A stretch of 64,000 bases of DNA from Nitrososphaeria archaeon (GTDB lineage: Archaea > Thermoproteota > Nitrososphaeria > JACIWG01), in contig JBEKIG010000005.1 in assembly GCA_050011875.1 (NCBI GenBank), forward strand, positions 32,001 through 96,000, read 5' to 3'. The translations under genes and the position numbers were made by a program. Positions 52,320-61,956 of the stretch are shown here, one piece after another (within the stretch, counting starts at the first letter, position 1; every line of letters begins with the position of its first letter). The notes beneath the pieces are model-generated. The model made no database searches. It was not told the origin of the DNA and was given only the letters and a program-made list of their open reading frames with translations.

Positions 52320-53833
52320 GCCCCGTCCTAACACCGCTTATATTGTTGTTCGCTTCCGCGTTGGCTGTTCCTTTGGTTTCAAGGCTGGGAACATACATGA
52401 AGTTCCCAAAGATAAGGGATATCTTCTCTTTTGCTGCTTTACTGCTTTCCCTCTACATGATTTCAAGTCTTCTGCCAAGTGTTCCGCTGTCCTACCAGGT
52501 GAATGTATTCGGGGGACCATACGGTGTCGAACTCTACGTAAGCACGTTGAGCGTGTACATCGGGATAATTGCTCTAGTGATGTTGAGTCTGGTGTCGTTC
52601 TATTCGATCAAGTACATGGAGGTCGACAACGGCCTAGATAGCTACTACACCCTTTTGTTGACCTTTGCGGCTGGAATAGTGGGTGTCGTCTTCTCCGGCG
52701 ACTTCTTCACGCTTTACGTTTTCTGGGAGCTGCTTTCGATCTCCTCCTATTCCCTTGTCTCTTTCCGTAAGTATAGGTGGCAGGCGGTGGAAGGCGGAAT
52801 AAAGTACCTTTTTATGGGCACAGTCGGGTCTCTCATTGCCCTCTATGGTATTTCATTGCTTTACGGGGTGGCAGGTACGCTGAACTTTTCAGCCCTCTCT
52901 TCTGTGATATCAACCACCAGCTTAGGCTCAAACATGTCTTTGTATATCATAATAGCCACCATATTTGTAGGATTTGGCGTCAGCTCGGCTATCGTGCCCT
53001 TCCACACTTGGATACCTGACGCCTATGTCGGGGCTCCAAACTGTGTAGCCTCATTATCGACTGTCGCGCTGATAATTTCAGCCTTCAGTATAATAAGAAG
53101 CCTGATGGCGGTTTTCAGCCCATTCAGTTTCGACTACGGACTTTTTTTCATATTCTTCGGAATTCTGTCACTTACTCTAGGAAACTTTATGGCCATAATG
53201 CAGAGGGACGTAAGAAGGCTTCTCGCCTTCTCAAGTGTTTCTAATATGGGTTATATTTTTACGGGAGTTGGCATAGGTTCGTATGCTCTCTTCCAATTTG
53301 GAACGCAAGGGGTTTACATATTCGAGATAGCTATGGTCGGTGTATTCTTGCACATGCTCAACCATGTATTCGGCAAGGGTCTCCTCTTTATGGCAGTGGG
53401 CAACTTCAGTCAGTCAACTAAAAGCTACCTCCTAGATAAGCTAGAAGGCATAGGAAGAAGGATGCCGATAACAGGTCTGGCCGCTTCAATAGGTCTCCTG
53501 GGTCTGGCTGGTATACCTCCTTTAAGCGGTTTCTGGAGCAAGCTATTCTTCATATCCGCCGCTGGATCAAAGTTATCCGATCCCGTACTCGATGTGACGC
53601 TGGTGTTTTTGGTGTTCAATTCAATTTTTGATGCGGCGTACTATATCTGGGTCTTCCAGAGAATCGCCTTTAAACCGGTAACAGAAAAGAGCCAGAACGC
53701 GAAAGAAGTGTCTTATGTGATGTGGCTGCCCATCCTGATTTTGGCTGCTCTACTTATCATCGTAACGGTGAGGCTGGACTATTTTACGTCGTTCATCGAT
53801 GCCGCATTAAGGTCCCTGTTTAAAGGAGCGTGA
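52313..53833 (+). CDS. Antiporter-like subunit (NuoN/MrpD-type)
   Basis: FWEL, KYL, PFHTWIPDAY, LLAFSS, GIPPLSGFWSK. Confidence 0.88.
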   Translation: MVSPVLTPLILLFASALAVPLVSRLGTYMKFPKIRDIFSFAALLLSLYMISSLLPSVPLSYQVNVFGGPYGVELYVSTLSVYIGIIALVMLSLVSFYSIKYMEVDNGLDSYYTLLLTFAAGIVGVVFSGDFFTLYVFWELLSISSYSLVSFRKYRWQAVEGGIKYLFMGTVGSLIALYGISLLYGVAGTLNFSALSSVISTTSLGSNMSLYIIIATIFVGFGVSSAIVPFHTWIPDAYVGAPNCVASLSTVALIISAFSIIRSLMAVFSPFSFDYGLFFIFFGILSLTLGNFMAIMQRDVRRLLAFSSVSNMGYIFTGVGIGSYALFQFGTQGVYIFEIAMVGVFLHMLNHVFGKGLLFMAVGNFSQSTKSYLLDKLEGIGRRMPITGLAASIGLLGLAGIPPLSGFWSKLFFISAAGSKLSDPVLDVTLVFLVFNSIFDAAYYIWVFQRIAFKPVTEKSQNAKEVSYVMWLPILILAALLIIVTVRLDYFTSFIDAALRSLFKGA

Positions 53834-53837
53834 GAGA

Positions 53838-55871
53838 TTGTCCAACACCCTTATCTTCGCGTGGCTGGCGTGGGTTTTCCCGTTGGCAGGAGCCGTTCTA
53901 ACGCCCGTCTTCGCTATGATCGGGAAACGTGTAAGGAACTACATGGCTGTAGTCTTCTCCTTTCTAGCTGTGGTCTGCACATTATCTCTTGCAGGATTAT
54001 TCCTTGACAAAAACGTGGTGTGGCCTCTCCAGAGCCAGGTCTCCTGGGTAACCGTGCAGGGGTCGCCCATTCTCAGCAAGATCGAGGCAGGGATGTTAGT
54101 TGACCCTCTTAGCATTATAATGGCCAATGTTGTTTCCATTATAGCGTTCTTGATAATGGTCTACTCGATCGGCTACATGAAGGGCGAAGAGGGGCTTACA
54201 CGCTACTGGTTCTTCATGAACCTCTTTATCGGCAACATGCTTCTCCTGGTTCTATCAGATAACCTGATTCAGATGCTGTTCGGCTGGGAGGGGGTTGGCC
54301 TCTGCAGCTACGCTCTGATTGGATTCTACTATAAGGACCGGAAATCTGACTGGTCTAGGTACTGGGTGGGAGAAGGAAACGAAGCCTATTCGCCGTCGCA
54401 TGCTGGAATGAAGGCTTTCATAGTCACAAGAATCGGTGACCTGCTGCTCTTTGTAGGCGCTTTCATAATAGTGGCCTTCACTGGAACGCTGAATTTTGTT
54501 GAACTGCAGAATGGTGCACTATCTCGTGTGCCACTCTGGGCTCTTGTACCTGCAGCCCTCTTCCTATTGGGCGGCCCTATTGCGAAAAGCGCTCAGCTTC
54601 CTCTTATGGAGTGGCTTCCAGACGCCATGGCTGGGCCTACGCCGGTCAGTGCGCTGATACACGCGGCTACTATGGTTAATGCGGGTGTGTACTTGGCTGC
54701 GAGAATGTTTCCGATTTTCTATTTGTTCGCTTGGTCTACGGGAACCAACACTCTAACGACGTTTTTCTTATTTATGGCATGGATCGGCGTCGTTACCGCA
54801 TTCGTTTCCGGCACACAGGCTGCGGTGTCAAGCGAAATCAAGAAGGTCCTCGCCTACTCGACGGTGGCTCAGATCGGCCTTATGATGCTATCTCTGGGGG
54901 TGGCTGGCCTTTCCGTCGACTTTATTACAGGATATGTCGCTTCAGTATTCCAGCTGGTGACCCATGCGATGTTCAAGGCAGCCCTCTTTTTAGCAGCCGG
55001 TTCGGTCATCCACTTAGCGGGCTCTAGGTTCATGAGGGATATGGGTGGTCTGAAAAAATACATGCCGATAACCTTCTGGAGTATGGCGCTTGCTTCATGC
55101 TCGCTAGCAGGTGTTCCAATCTTATTTAGCGGCTTCTGGAGCAAGGATATGATCTTGGAGGCTTCGGTGATCTCCGGCCAGTACGTTCTCTTTATTCTAG
55201 GGCTCTTCTTGGTCGTCCTTACTTCCTTCTACACCTTTAGAATGGTCGGAATGGTGTTCTATGGTGAAAGCAAAGTTAAACAGGAGGATGCTTCAGCTCC
55301 TGGGCATCATTTAGGTGAAGCTCCGCCAACGATGTGGGTACCATACGTGGTCCTGGTGGCCGGAACAATATTTCTGGGAGTGTTTGGATTTTTTGCTGGA
55401 AACTGGCTGATTTCTACTTTCGGGTATCTGGTAAGCCTCCTAGGAGGGGGGGTGACTGTGAGTACTTCTACCGAAGTTTTCATAGGAATACTATCGACTG
55501 CGTCTGTAGCAGTAGGTTTTCTGCCCGCTTACATGTTCTACATAAAAAGGTCTAGGAACGCTGACACATATGTAGAAAAACATGGTCTGGTTTCTTCATT
55601 TAGGCGCTTCTTCTTTAACAGGTGGTACATCAACAGGATATACTATCATTTAATCGTCTACCCGACGTTGTCCCTGTCAAACTGGCTTTTCTCGAATGTT
55701 GAGGTCAATGTCATAGACGGTCTGAACTACTATATTGCAGGAGCTGTGAAAAATGTGTCAAACTCTGTTCGCAGATGGCAGACAGGGGACATGAACGATG
55801 ACCTGATACTTATTCTCGTCGGAATATTCGTCGCGGTCCTAATACTCAGGTTCTTGGTCTTGGGAAGCTGA
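53838..55871 (+). CDS. nuoL: NuoL-like antiporter subunit
   Basis: GWEGVG, KSAQLP..WLPDAMAGPTPVSALIHAATMV, C-terminal lateral helix. Confidence 0.92.
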   Translation: MSNTLIFAWLAWVFPLAGAVLTPVFAMIGKRVRNYMAVVFSFLAVVCTLSLAGLFLDKNVVWPLQSQVSWVTVQGSPILSKIEAGMLVDPLSIIMANVVSIIAFLIMVYSIGYMKGEEGLTRYWFFMNLFIGNMLLLVLSDNLIQMLFGWEGVGLCSYALIGFYYKDRKSDWSRYWVGEGNEAYSPSHAGMKAFIVTRIGDLLLFVGAFIIVAFTGTLNFVELQNGALSRVPLWALVPAALFLLGGPIAKSAQLPLMEWLPDAMAGPTPVSALIHAATMVNAGVYLAARMFPIFYLFAWSTGTNTLTTFFLFMAWIGVVTAFVSGTQAAVSSEIKKVLAYSTVAQIGLMMLSLGVAGLSVDFITGYVASVFQLVTHAMFKAALFLAAGSVIHLAGSRFMRDMGGLKKYMPITFWSMALASCSLAGVPILFSGFWSKDMILEASVISGQYVLFILGLFLVVLTSFYTFRMVGMVFYGESKVKQEDASAPGHHLGEAPPTMWVPYVVLVAGTIFLGVFGFFAGNWLISTFGYLVSLLGGGVTVSTSTEVFIGILSTASVAVGFLPAYMFYIKRSRNADTYVEKHGLVSSFRRFFFNRWYINRIYYHLIVYPTLSLSNWLFSNVEVNVIDGLNYYIAGAVKNVSNSVRRWQTGDMNDDLILILVGIFVAVLILRFLVLGS

Positions 55872-57358
55872 TGGTTTTGATAGCGTATTCCTTGATCCAG
55901 ATTGTGTTTGTGCCGATTATAGCTTCAATAGCGGTTCTTTTTTTGGGCAGGAAGCTTAAACATAAGGTAGGTTGGCTTTCTTTTGCTTCACTAGTCTACG
56001 TACTCGGCCTTCTGATGATTGATACTCTCAACTTATATGGCACCGGATACGTCTTAAAGGAATCCTACCAATGGGCTACGCTCATCGGAGACGTCACGTT
56101 CGTGCTCGACGGTTTGAACAGTCTTGTTGCCCTTACGATCGTACTGTTAGCTACCGTAATATCGGTGTATTCTATAAAGTACATGGAGAATGAGGATAAC
56201 ATAGAAGTCTACAATTCCCTTTATCTAATATACGTGGCAGGCATGGTCGGCACGGTCCTATCGACAAATCTTGCTATATTCTTCCTCTTTTTCGAACTGA
56301 TGCTGATTCCATCCTGGATCTTGGTTGGTGTGTGGGGCACAGGCGACAGGGTGAAGGTTGCTTTCAAATATTTTATGTACACCGAATTCGGTGCTGTAAT
56401 ACTGCTCGCAGGCATAGGCTCAATATATGCGATAACCGGCACATTCGACATCTATAAAATAGGAAGCTTAAACAATCTGATTCCTTTGACGTACCTAGTG
56501 CCCATCGCGTTAATGATACTTGTGGGGCTCTTTGTGAAGATGGCGATATTTCCATTTCATACGTGGTTGCCGGACACGCACGCGGAGGCTCCGACGCCCA
56601 TCAGCGCGCTACTTTCACCCGCTATGATCGGTATAGGCGGATACGCAACGATAAAAATAATCTATACCGCCTTTCCGGCTATAGCTTTCGACCAGAGCTT
56701 CATGTACCCTCTTCTTCTTCTTTCAGTAATAACAATAGTCTACGGCGGAATGATGGCATTCGCGCAGGATGACATGAAGAGGCTGCTTGCCTATTCAAGC
56801 ATAAGTCAGATGGGGTACATGCTCTTTGGCATAGCGTCCGTCTCAATAATCGGTGTTACAGGCGCCATTATAATATATATAAGCCACGGGTTAAGTAAGG
56901 CTGCACTTTTCATGATATCTGGTGTCTTCACGCACGACCTCAAAACCAGAAAGATAAGCGAGCTGAAAGGACTTGCTTCAAGAATGCCTGTTATAACCGT
57001 GTGCGCTCTACTGGGCTTCCTCGGACTTTCAGGTGTCCCACCTCTTATCGGGTTCTGGGGTGAAATATTCATATTCATAGGAGCTTTCTATAAAAGTCTA
57101 ACTCCATACGATCTAATCATGCTCGCAACAGTAATTGCGGGCGTGCTGCTTTCGATATTGACAGCCGGATACGGGCTTTGGACGGTAAGAAGGATCTTTT
57201 ACGGGGAACTGCCTGAGAAATACTCCCAGGCTCGCGATCCGAACTGGAAGATGCTCTTTCCAATAGTTCTAGTAGTTGTTCTAGCCGTCGTCATAGGCAT
57301 CTACCCGAATCCGATAATAGATTTGATCTCAGCCATTGTAAAAGGCTTTTTCGGATAG
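55871..57358 (+). CDS. nuoM: NuoM-like antiporter subunit
   Basis: FFELMLIP, PFHTWLPD.HAEAP, LAYSSISQMG. Confidence 0.92.
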   Translation: MVLIAYSLIQIVFVPIIASIAVLFLGRKLKHKVGWLSFASLVYVLGLLMIDTLNLYGTGYVLKESYQWATLIGDVTFVLDGLNSLVALTIVLLATVISVYSIKYMENEDNIEVYNSLYLIYVAGMVGTVLSTNLAIFFLFFELMLIPSWILVGVWGTGDRVKVAFKYFMYTEFGAVILLAGIGSIYAITGTFDIYKIGSLNNLIPLTYLVPIALMILVGLFVKMAIFPFHTWLPDTHAEAPTPISALLSPAMIGIGGYATIKIIYTAFPAIAFDQSFMYPLLLLSVITIVYGGMMAFAQDDMKRLLAYSSISQMGYMLFGIASVSIIGVTGAIIIYISHGLSKAALFMISGVFTHDLKTRKISELKGLASRMPVITVCALLGFLGLSGVPPLIGFWGEIFIFIGAFYKSLTPYDLIMLATVIAGVLLSILTAGYGLWTVRRIFYGELPEKYSQARDPNWKMLFPIVLVVVLAVVIGIYPNPIIDLISAIVKGFFG

Positions 57359-57742
57359 TTCAGAGCACTTTCTCCTGAACATGATTTCCTTTACAATGTA
57401 TTCTTTTCCCTGGACTATTTCAAGGGACATTTCCTTGCATTTTGGACATTGGGTGGAAGGCTGATACGTTCCTCTTCTGACAGGATAGAGCTTTCTTCCT
57501 CTACCTATGTAGCCACATTTCTTACATGCCATCACTCCACGTACCTTTTTAATAAACAACTTCGCATGGTCAGCAACTGTCCCCTTAGATATCAACTTGA
57601 AGGTTGCCCTAAAGCTCCTATATTGAAACATTGCGAATTCGCCTAACTCCAGATGTATTTCCAGTATTTTTTCCACATCATTTTTCTTGGCCCAATCCTT
57701 AAGCATCTCAATCATTGCCGCCAATGAATTATATTCAAACAT
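57329..57742 (-). CDS. hypA: Hydrogenase maturation metallochaperone HypA-like (atypical N-terminus)
   Basis: LGE, CKKC, CPKC, GKEY..KEI. The N-terminus reads MFE instead of MHE. Confidence 0.85.
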   Translation of the reverse strand: MFEYNSLAAMIEMLKDWAKKNDVEKILEIHLELGEFAMFQYRSFRATFKLISKGTVADHAKLFIKKVRGVMACKKCGYIGRGRKLYPVRRGTYQPSTQCPKCKEMSLEIVQGKEYIVKEIMFRRKCSELSEKAFYNG

Positions 57743-57811
57743 GGTGATCAATAACTTTAGGTGTAAAACCCTAAAGAAGGTGGAAGCATGGGAGATAAAA
57801 GGAAAAGGGAT

Positions 57812-58729
57812 CTACAGCAGACCTTTAGCTACAATGGAATAGGCTGCGTAGATTGCTCCTTTAGAGCTGTTAACTATTTCCTCAGAAGTTTGTCCTTCCT
57901 GTGGCCTAGCTTCGACAGTTACTGGGCCTTGATATCCTATTTCAATAAGGGCCTTGAAAAGCAGTGCCAGATCGTTCTCATCGTTTATAGCACCCTTTGT
58001 GTGATAGACCGGATGCCAGTCCAGGAGGCCTTGAGGCGTCTGTAACCCGCACCCTATGTGAACGACACCCAAGATATCTGAATATTTTTTGACCGCTTCG
58101 TAAGTTTCTCCCAGCAGCGGCGCATGACCTTGGTCCCACATCAAGAAAACGTTGTCACAGCTTTTCCTCACTTCTTTTATAAGCTGTGCGGCTTCTACAA
58201 TAGGGCCTATTAACTGCTTCTTGTCCTTGTCTATGTCAAATGTTTCTAGGCTTAAGGACGCATTATATTTTGCTGCGCATTCACCCAGCTCCTTCAAAGA
58301 TGATACGAGCTGTTCCTTCCCTTTAACTGAATCTTGGGGCATCTGACCTGAGCATATGGCGAATTCCCGTACGCTATGTTTTGCTTCAACAGCTATCTCG
58401 TTCTTCAGGTAATTTACTGTCTCCCTTCTCTTTCCCTCATCAACGGCGCATATGCTTCTTGTTCCTGGTAGTAGGTCGGGTTGGAATCCTCTTGCTATGT
58501 TCATTCCTGAAGCGTATTTGTTTACCTTCCTCCAACCTTCCTCGCCTATCTTGCACACTTCGAGCCTATCGAAGAAGTTGTCCTGAGTGATGAACTTTAA
58601 ACCCTTCTCAAGTTCGTCTTCGCTCTTTTGGAGGGATGGATAGGCCATGAATAAGACAACACCAAGTCTCCATGGAAACTTTGAAGAGAAAGCTAAGCCA
58701 TTTTTTTTGAGCTCTACTGAAAAAACCAT
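57812..58729 (-). CDS. Xylose-isomerase-like TIM-barrel protein
   Basis: LETFD, DQGH, VHIG, D.HP, VE metal-site pattern. Confidence 0.85.
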   Translation of the reverse strand: MVFSVELKKNGLAFSSKFPWRLGVVLFMAYPSLQKSEDELEKGLKFITQDNFFDRLEVCKIGEEGWRKVNKYASGMNIARGFQPDLLPGTRSICAVDEGKRRETVNYLKNEIAVEAKHSVREFAICSGQMPQDSVKGKEQLVSSLKELGECAAKYNASLSLETFDIDKDKKQLIGPIVEAAQLIKEVRKSCDNVFLMWDQGHAPLLGETYEAVKKYSDILGVVHIGCGLQTPQGLLDWHPVYHTKGAINDENDLALLFKALIEIGYQGPVTVEARPQEGQTSEEIVNSSKGAIYAAYSIVAKGLL

Positions 58730-59740
58730 CTAAATCATCTTAACTTTATCTAGCGGCCTTATATTCTTAACTTCTTGGTTGACGAGAGCCGGTGGCTCTT
58801 CCCCCTTGAGGACCTTAACAAGGTTAAGCGCTGCGAATTCGGACATTTTAGACCTTGACTGATGCGTCGCGCTCGCTATGTGGGGTGCAACGATGATGTT
58901 AGGCAGTTTAAGGAGCGGATCTTCCATAGGTGTAGGTTCTTTTTCGTGAACATCAAGACCTGCTGCGAATATCCAGCCATTTGAGAGCGCCTTGTACAGT
59001 CCTCTTTCGTCAATGATGCCTCCTCTTGAGGTGTTTACGACTACTGCTGATGGCTTCATAAGCTTAAGGTTGTTTTCGTTAATTAACCCTATCGTTTCCT
59101 TCGACCTGGGGACATGGATTGTCACGATGTCCGATCTTTTTAACAGATCATCTATTTCACAATACTCTATGCCCAACTGCTTCTCGAGATCGGTCCTTCT
59201 AACAACATCATAGTATAACACCTTCATCTTGAAGCCTCTCGACCTCTCAATAACCGCTTGTCCTATCCTGCCGATACCGACAACTCCCAGCGTCGCGCCA
59301 TAGACTTCGTAGCCCAATAGCATGTCAGGCGCCCAAGGTATCACCCACTTACCTTCTCTGACGTACTTGTCACCTTCCACAAGTCTTCTTGATGTTGCCA
59401 TGATCAGAGTCCATGCAAAATCTGCTGTCGCATTAGTAAGTACTCCTGGAGTGTAGCAGACGTATATACCTCTTTTAGTGGCTTCGGGTATATCAACATG
59501 GTCGTAGCCGACGCTCATCGTGCTTACCACTCTAAGTTTCCTGCCAGCATCATAAACTTCCTTGTCGATCTTCTCAGTAAGAAGGCAAAGAAGGGCATCC
59601 GCATCTCTGACAAGATCTAAGAGCTCCCTTCTTGTTGGAGGCTCCACTTTATCCCTCAAAACTAGATCGCAATCTTCTTTAATAATCGATATACCTGGTT
59701 CAAGTATTTTCCTTGTCATTACAACTTTTGGTTTTTGCAA
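58730..59740 (-). CDS. gyaR: Glyoxylate/hydroxypyruvate reductase (D-2-hydroxyacid dehydrogenase)
   Basis: VGYDH.D, TPGVLT.ATAD, G.GRIG, NTSRG, PHIASA. Confidence 0.9.
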   Translation of the reverse strand: MQKPKVVMTRKILEPGISIIKEDCDLVLRDKVEPPTRRELLDLVRDADALLCLLTEKIDKEVYDAGRKLRVVSTMSVGYDHVDIPEATKRGIYVCYTPGVLTNATADFAWTLIMATSRRLVEGDKYVREGKWVIPWAPDMLLGYEVYGATLGVVGIGRIGQAVIERSRGFKMKVLYYDVVRRTDLEKQLGIEYCEIDDLLKRSDIVTIHVPRSKETIGLINENNLKLMKPSAVVVNTSRGGIIDERGLYKALSNGWIFAAGLDVHEKEPTPMEDPLLKLPNIIVAPHIASATHQSRSKMSEFAALNLVKVLKGEEPPALVNQEVKNIRPLDKVKMI

Positions 59741-59916
59741 AACTATCACTCTCCAATATCGTCCATCAACCAAGATAAATATATTCTTATCAGACCAAAG
59801 TTAGGAAATTTCTCTAAATAGATGTTTGCAGTCTAAATAAGCTCTGATAAAATTTTGATCCCTTGAAAAAAGTTCTGACTTTCCTGTGGCTGTTCGATTA
59901 TTTTTTAAATATTTTG

Positions 59917-60303
59917 CTATGCAACCTTAACTTTTATTCCTGTGTCACCTTCTACTTTATTCAACAGTTCAATATTTTTAGTTATTTTTCCAATGACATT
60001 GACCGGACTTGCTGCGACAGGTTCACTGCCGGTGCTTGCAGGTGTTCTGCCAAAGAATAGGCACATCGATCTGCCAGGGGGCCAGTAAGCTATATCTCCA
60101 ACCTCGACTTTCTTTTTTCCATTCTCTGATGTCATCTGAACAGGTGTATCAAAATATATCTCTTCACCCCATGTGTTTGCATTCGATTCAAACGGCATCG
60201 CCTTCAAGAACGCGTCGTAGGTTTTTGGACTAACTCTGTCAAAGAGCTCAGCTTCAACGACTCCAACATTTCCAAATTCTATCATGATCTTTTTTACTGC
60301 CAT
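59917..60303 (-). CDS. Cyclophilin-like fold protein (DUF369/TM1367-like)
   Basis: WGEEIYF, GDIAYWPPG..CLFFG.TP. Confidence 0.85.
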   Translation of the reverse strand: MAVKKIMIEFGNVGVVEAELFDRVSPKTYDAFLKAMPFESNANTWGEEIYFDTPVQMTSENGKKKVEVGDIAYWPPGRSMCLFFGRTPASTGSEPVAASPVNVIGKITKNIELLNKVEGDTGIKVKVA

Positions 60304-60469
60304 ATTCTGTCTGACGTAAAGTTCAAGCAAAGTATGTTATATATTTTATCACTGAACGTGCTTGAAGATTTGTGACGGTAAGGGAATTACCATATAGGAT
60401 AAACTATCTTATACGCTTCCATGAGCCTTTTAGGTCTTTTCATCGTTTACACTAATATTTATATTTGGT

Positions 60470-61312
60470 ATGAGGATGTATGCAATGAGCAGCATGCCAA
60501 AGTACGGCTATGTAATCTCCGAATCCTTCGGATACCATGTTAAAAATATCTCTAAAAACATCGAAGATCAGAAGGACTTTGAAAACGCTTTATCTATTTT
60601 GAAAGATGTAGGCTATTACGGTATAGAAATACCTCTTATGTTTGATATAAAAGTGACAGTTGAGCGATTAAAAGAGACTATGGCATGTTATGGAATGTCC
60701 ATTTCAGGCTTGTCGACGGACAGTTACTATTCGCACCTGAGCTATTATCTTACAGGTTCTAATTCTGCGGTAAGAGCAAGAGCTTTAGACTTGATGATGT
60801 CAGGTCTCTCGATTGCCGAAATCCTCTCGTCCCCTCTAATGATCGGTCTGATAATGGGCAAGAATGCTGTCGATGAGAAATCTTCTATTTGGTTGGCTGC
60901 TTCTTTAAAGATTTTAGATAAGAAAGCAAATGATATCGGAGTCGAAGTTCTCATAGAACCGATCAATCATTATGAAACAGGTTACCTAACGACGATTAAG
61001 GAGGCATACGATTTGATAGAAAAATTAGGGCTGATAAAAACTGGAGTGATCATAAATACTTATCATATGAACATAGAAGAAGGAAAGTACGAGCAATCTA
61101 TCAACTATGCGAAAGACAAAATCCGGCATGTAAAACTATCAGATAACAACCGTCAGCCTCCTGGTTTAGGCCACATAGACTTTAATAGTATCCTAGCAGC
61201 TTTAAAAAAGGTAGGATACGATGGCTGGTATACTATAGAATGTCTATCAAAACCAGAGCAAAAGGATCTTGCTACGTTATCTATGAATTTTCTCAAAGAA
61301 AATATAAAGTAG
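60470..61312 (+). CDS. Sugar phosphate isomerase/epimerase family (tagatose-3-epimerase-like)
   Basis: EPINHYE, YHMNIEE, DNNR..PG.GH.DF. Confidence 0.88.
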   Translation: MRMYAMSSMPKYGYVISESFGYHVKNISKNIEDQKDFENALSILKDVGYYGIEIPLMFDIKVTVERLKETMACYGMSISGLSTDSYYSHLSYYLTGSNSAVRARALDLMMSGLSIAEILSSPLMIGLIMGKNAVDEKSSIWLAASLKILDKKANDIGVEVLIEPINHYETGYLTTIKEAYDLIEKLGLIKTGVIINTYHMNIEEGKYEQSINYAKDKIRHVKLSDNNRQPPGLGHIDFNSILAALKKVGYDGWYTIECLSKPEQKDLATLSMNFLKENIK

Positions 61313-61568
61313 CTACTCTACCTATTACACGTATGAAAGTAACCCAATTCTCCTTGTCAAATGTGCACGGTCCAATCGAAATGTTTTTCCATCTAAGGGT
61401 TTATCGAGCACCAAGATGATCGCTGTCAAAACCTTCATATTTTATAGCTCGATAAAGGAGAAACCCTCAAATTCTTCACATATTTGAACTTAATTAACAT
61501 AAACTGTTAAGATCAATGGAAATTCTAACCTTTAATATTTTCAGGTACGGTCTTCTAGATGATGTTTT

Positions 61569-61871
61569 TTAACCCTTCCACAGGCCGATGATCAACCCTA
61601 TTATGAAAGATATTGAAGAATATGGCAGTAGGTTGGTAAAGGGACCTGCACCTGACCATATTAAAGGTAGATACTTCAGTGCTGAGTTTGCAATATCTGT
61701 AAGAGATGATAAGTTTAGGTATCCTATTGCAACCAACACTACCAAGAGTAGGACAATTACCAAAATAAGCTTCAATGCACGTTTAACAATTACACCAACA
61801 ATCAATCCAAGTATTAGAGGTATTAGTATAGGTAATATCCACGCATACTCTGCTGGAATCGGGCTGGTCAT
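61569..61871 (-). CDS. Small membrane protein (FUN14-like)
   Basis: LG..VG..VKRALK..GY..F..G..G pattern. Confidence 0.6.
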   Translation of the reverse strand: MTSPIPAEYAWILPILIPLILGLIVGVIVKRALKLILVIVLLLVVLVAIGYLNLSSLTDIANSALKYLPLIWSGAGPFTNLLPYSSISFIIGLIIGLWKG

Positions 61872-61956
61872 ATCTTTAGTTTAGTGTAACTAAGATTTAA
61901 TTTTTATGCTTCTATTTTACAAAATATTTTTAAAACATCAATGCGAAGTTATCTGT

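Noticed and set aside
57812-59740. Readthrough fusion of gyaR and the isomerase (TAG-ATG in frame)
   Set aside because: Both are full-length stand-alone family members, so ordinary translational coupling explains it.
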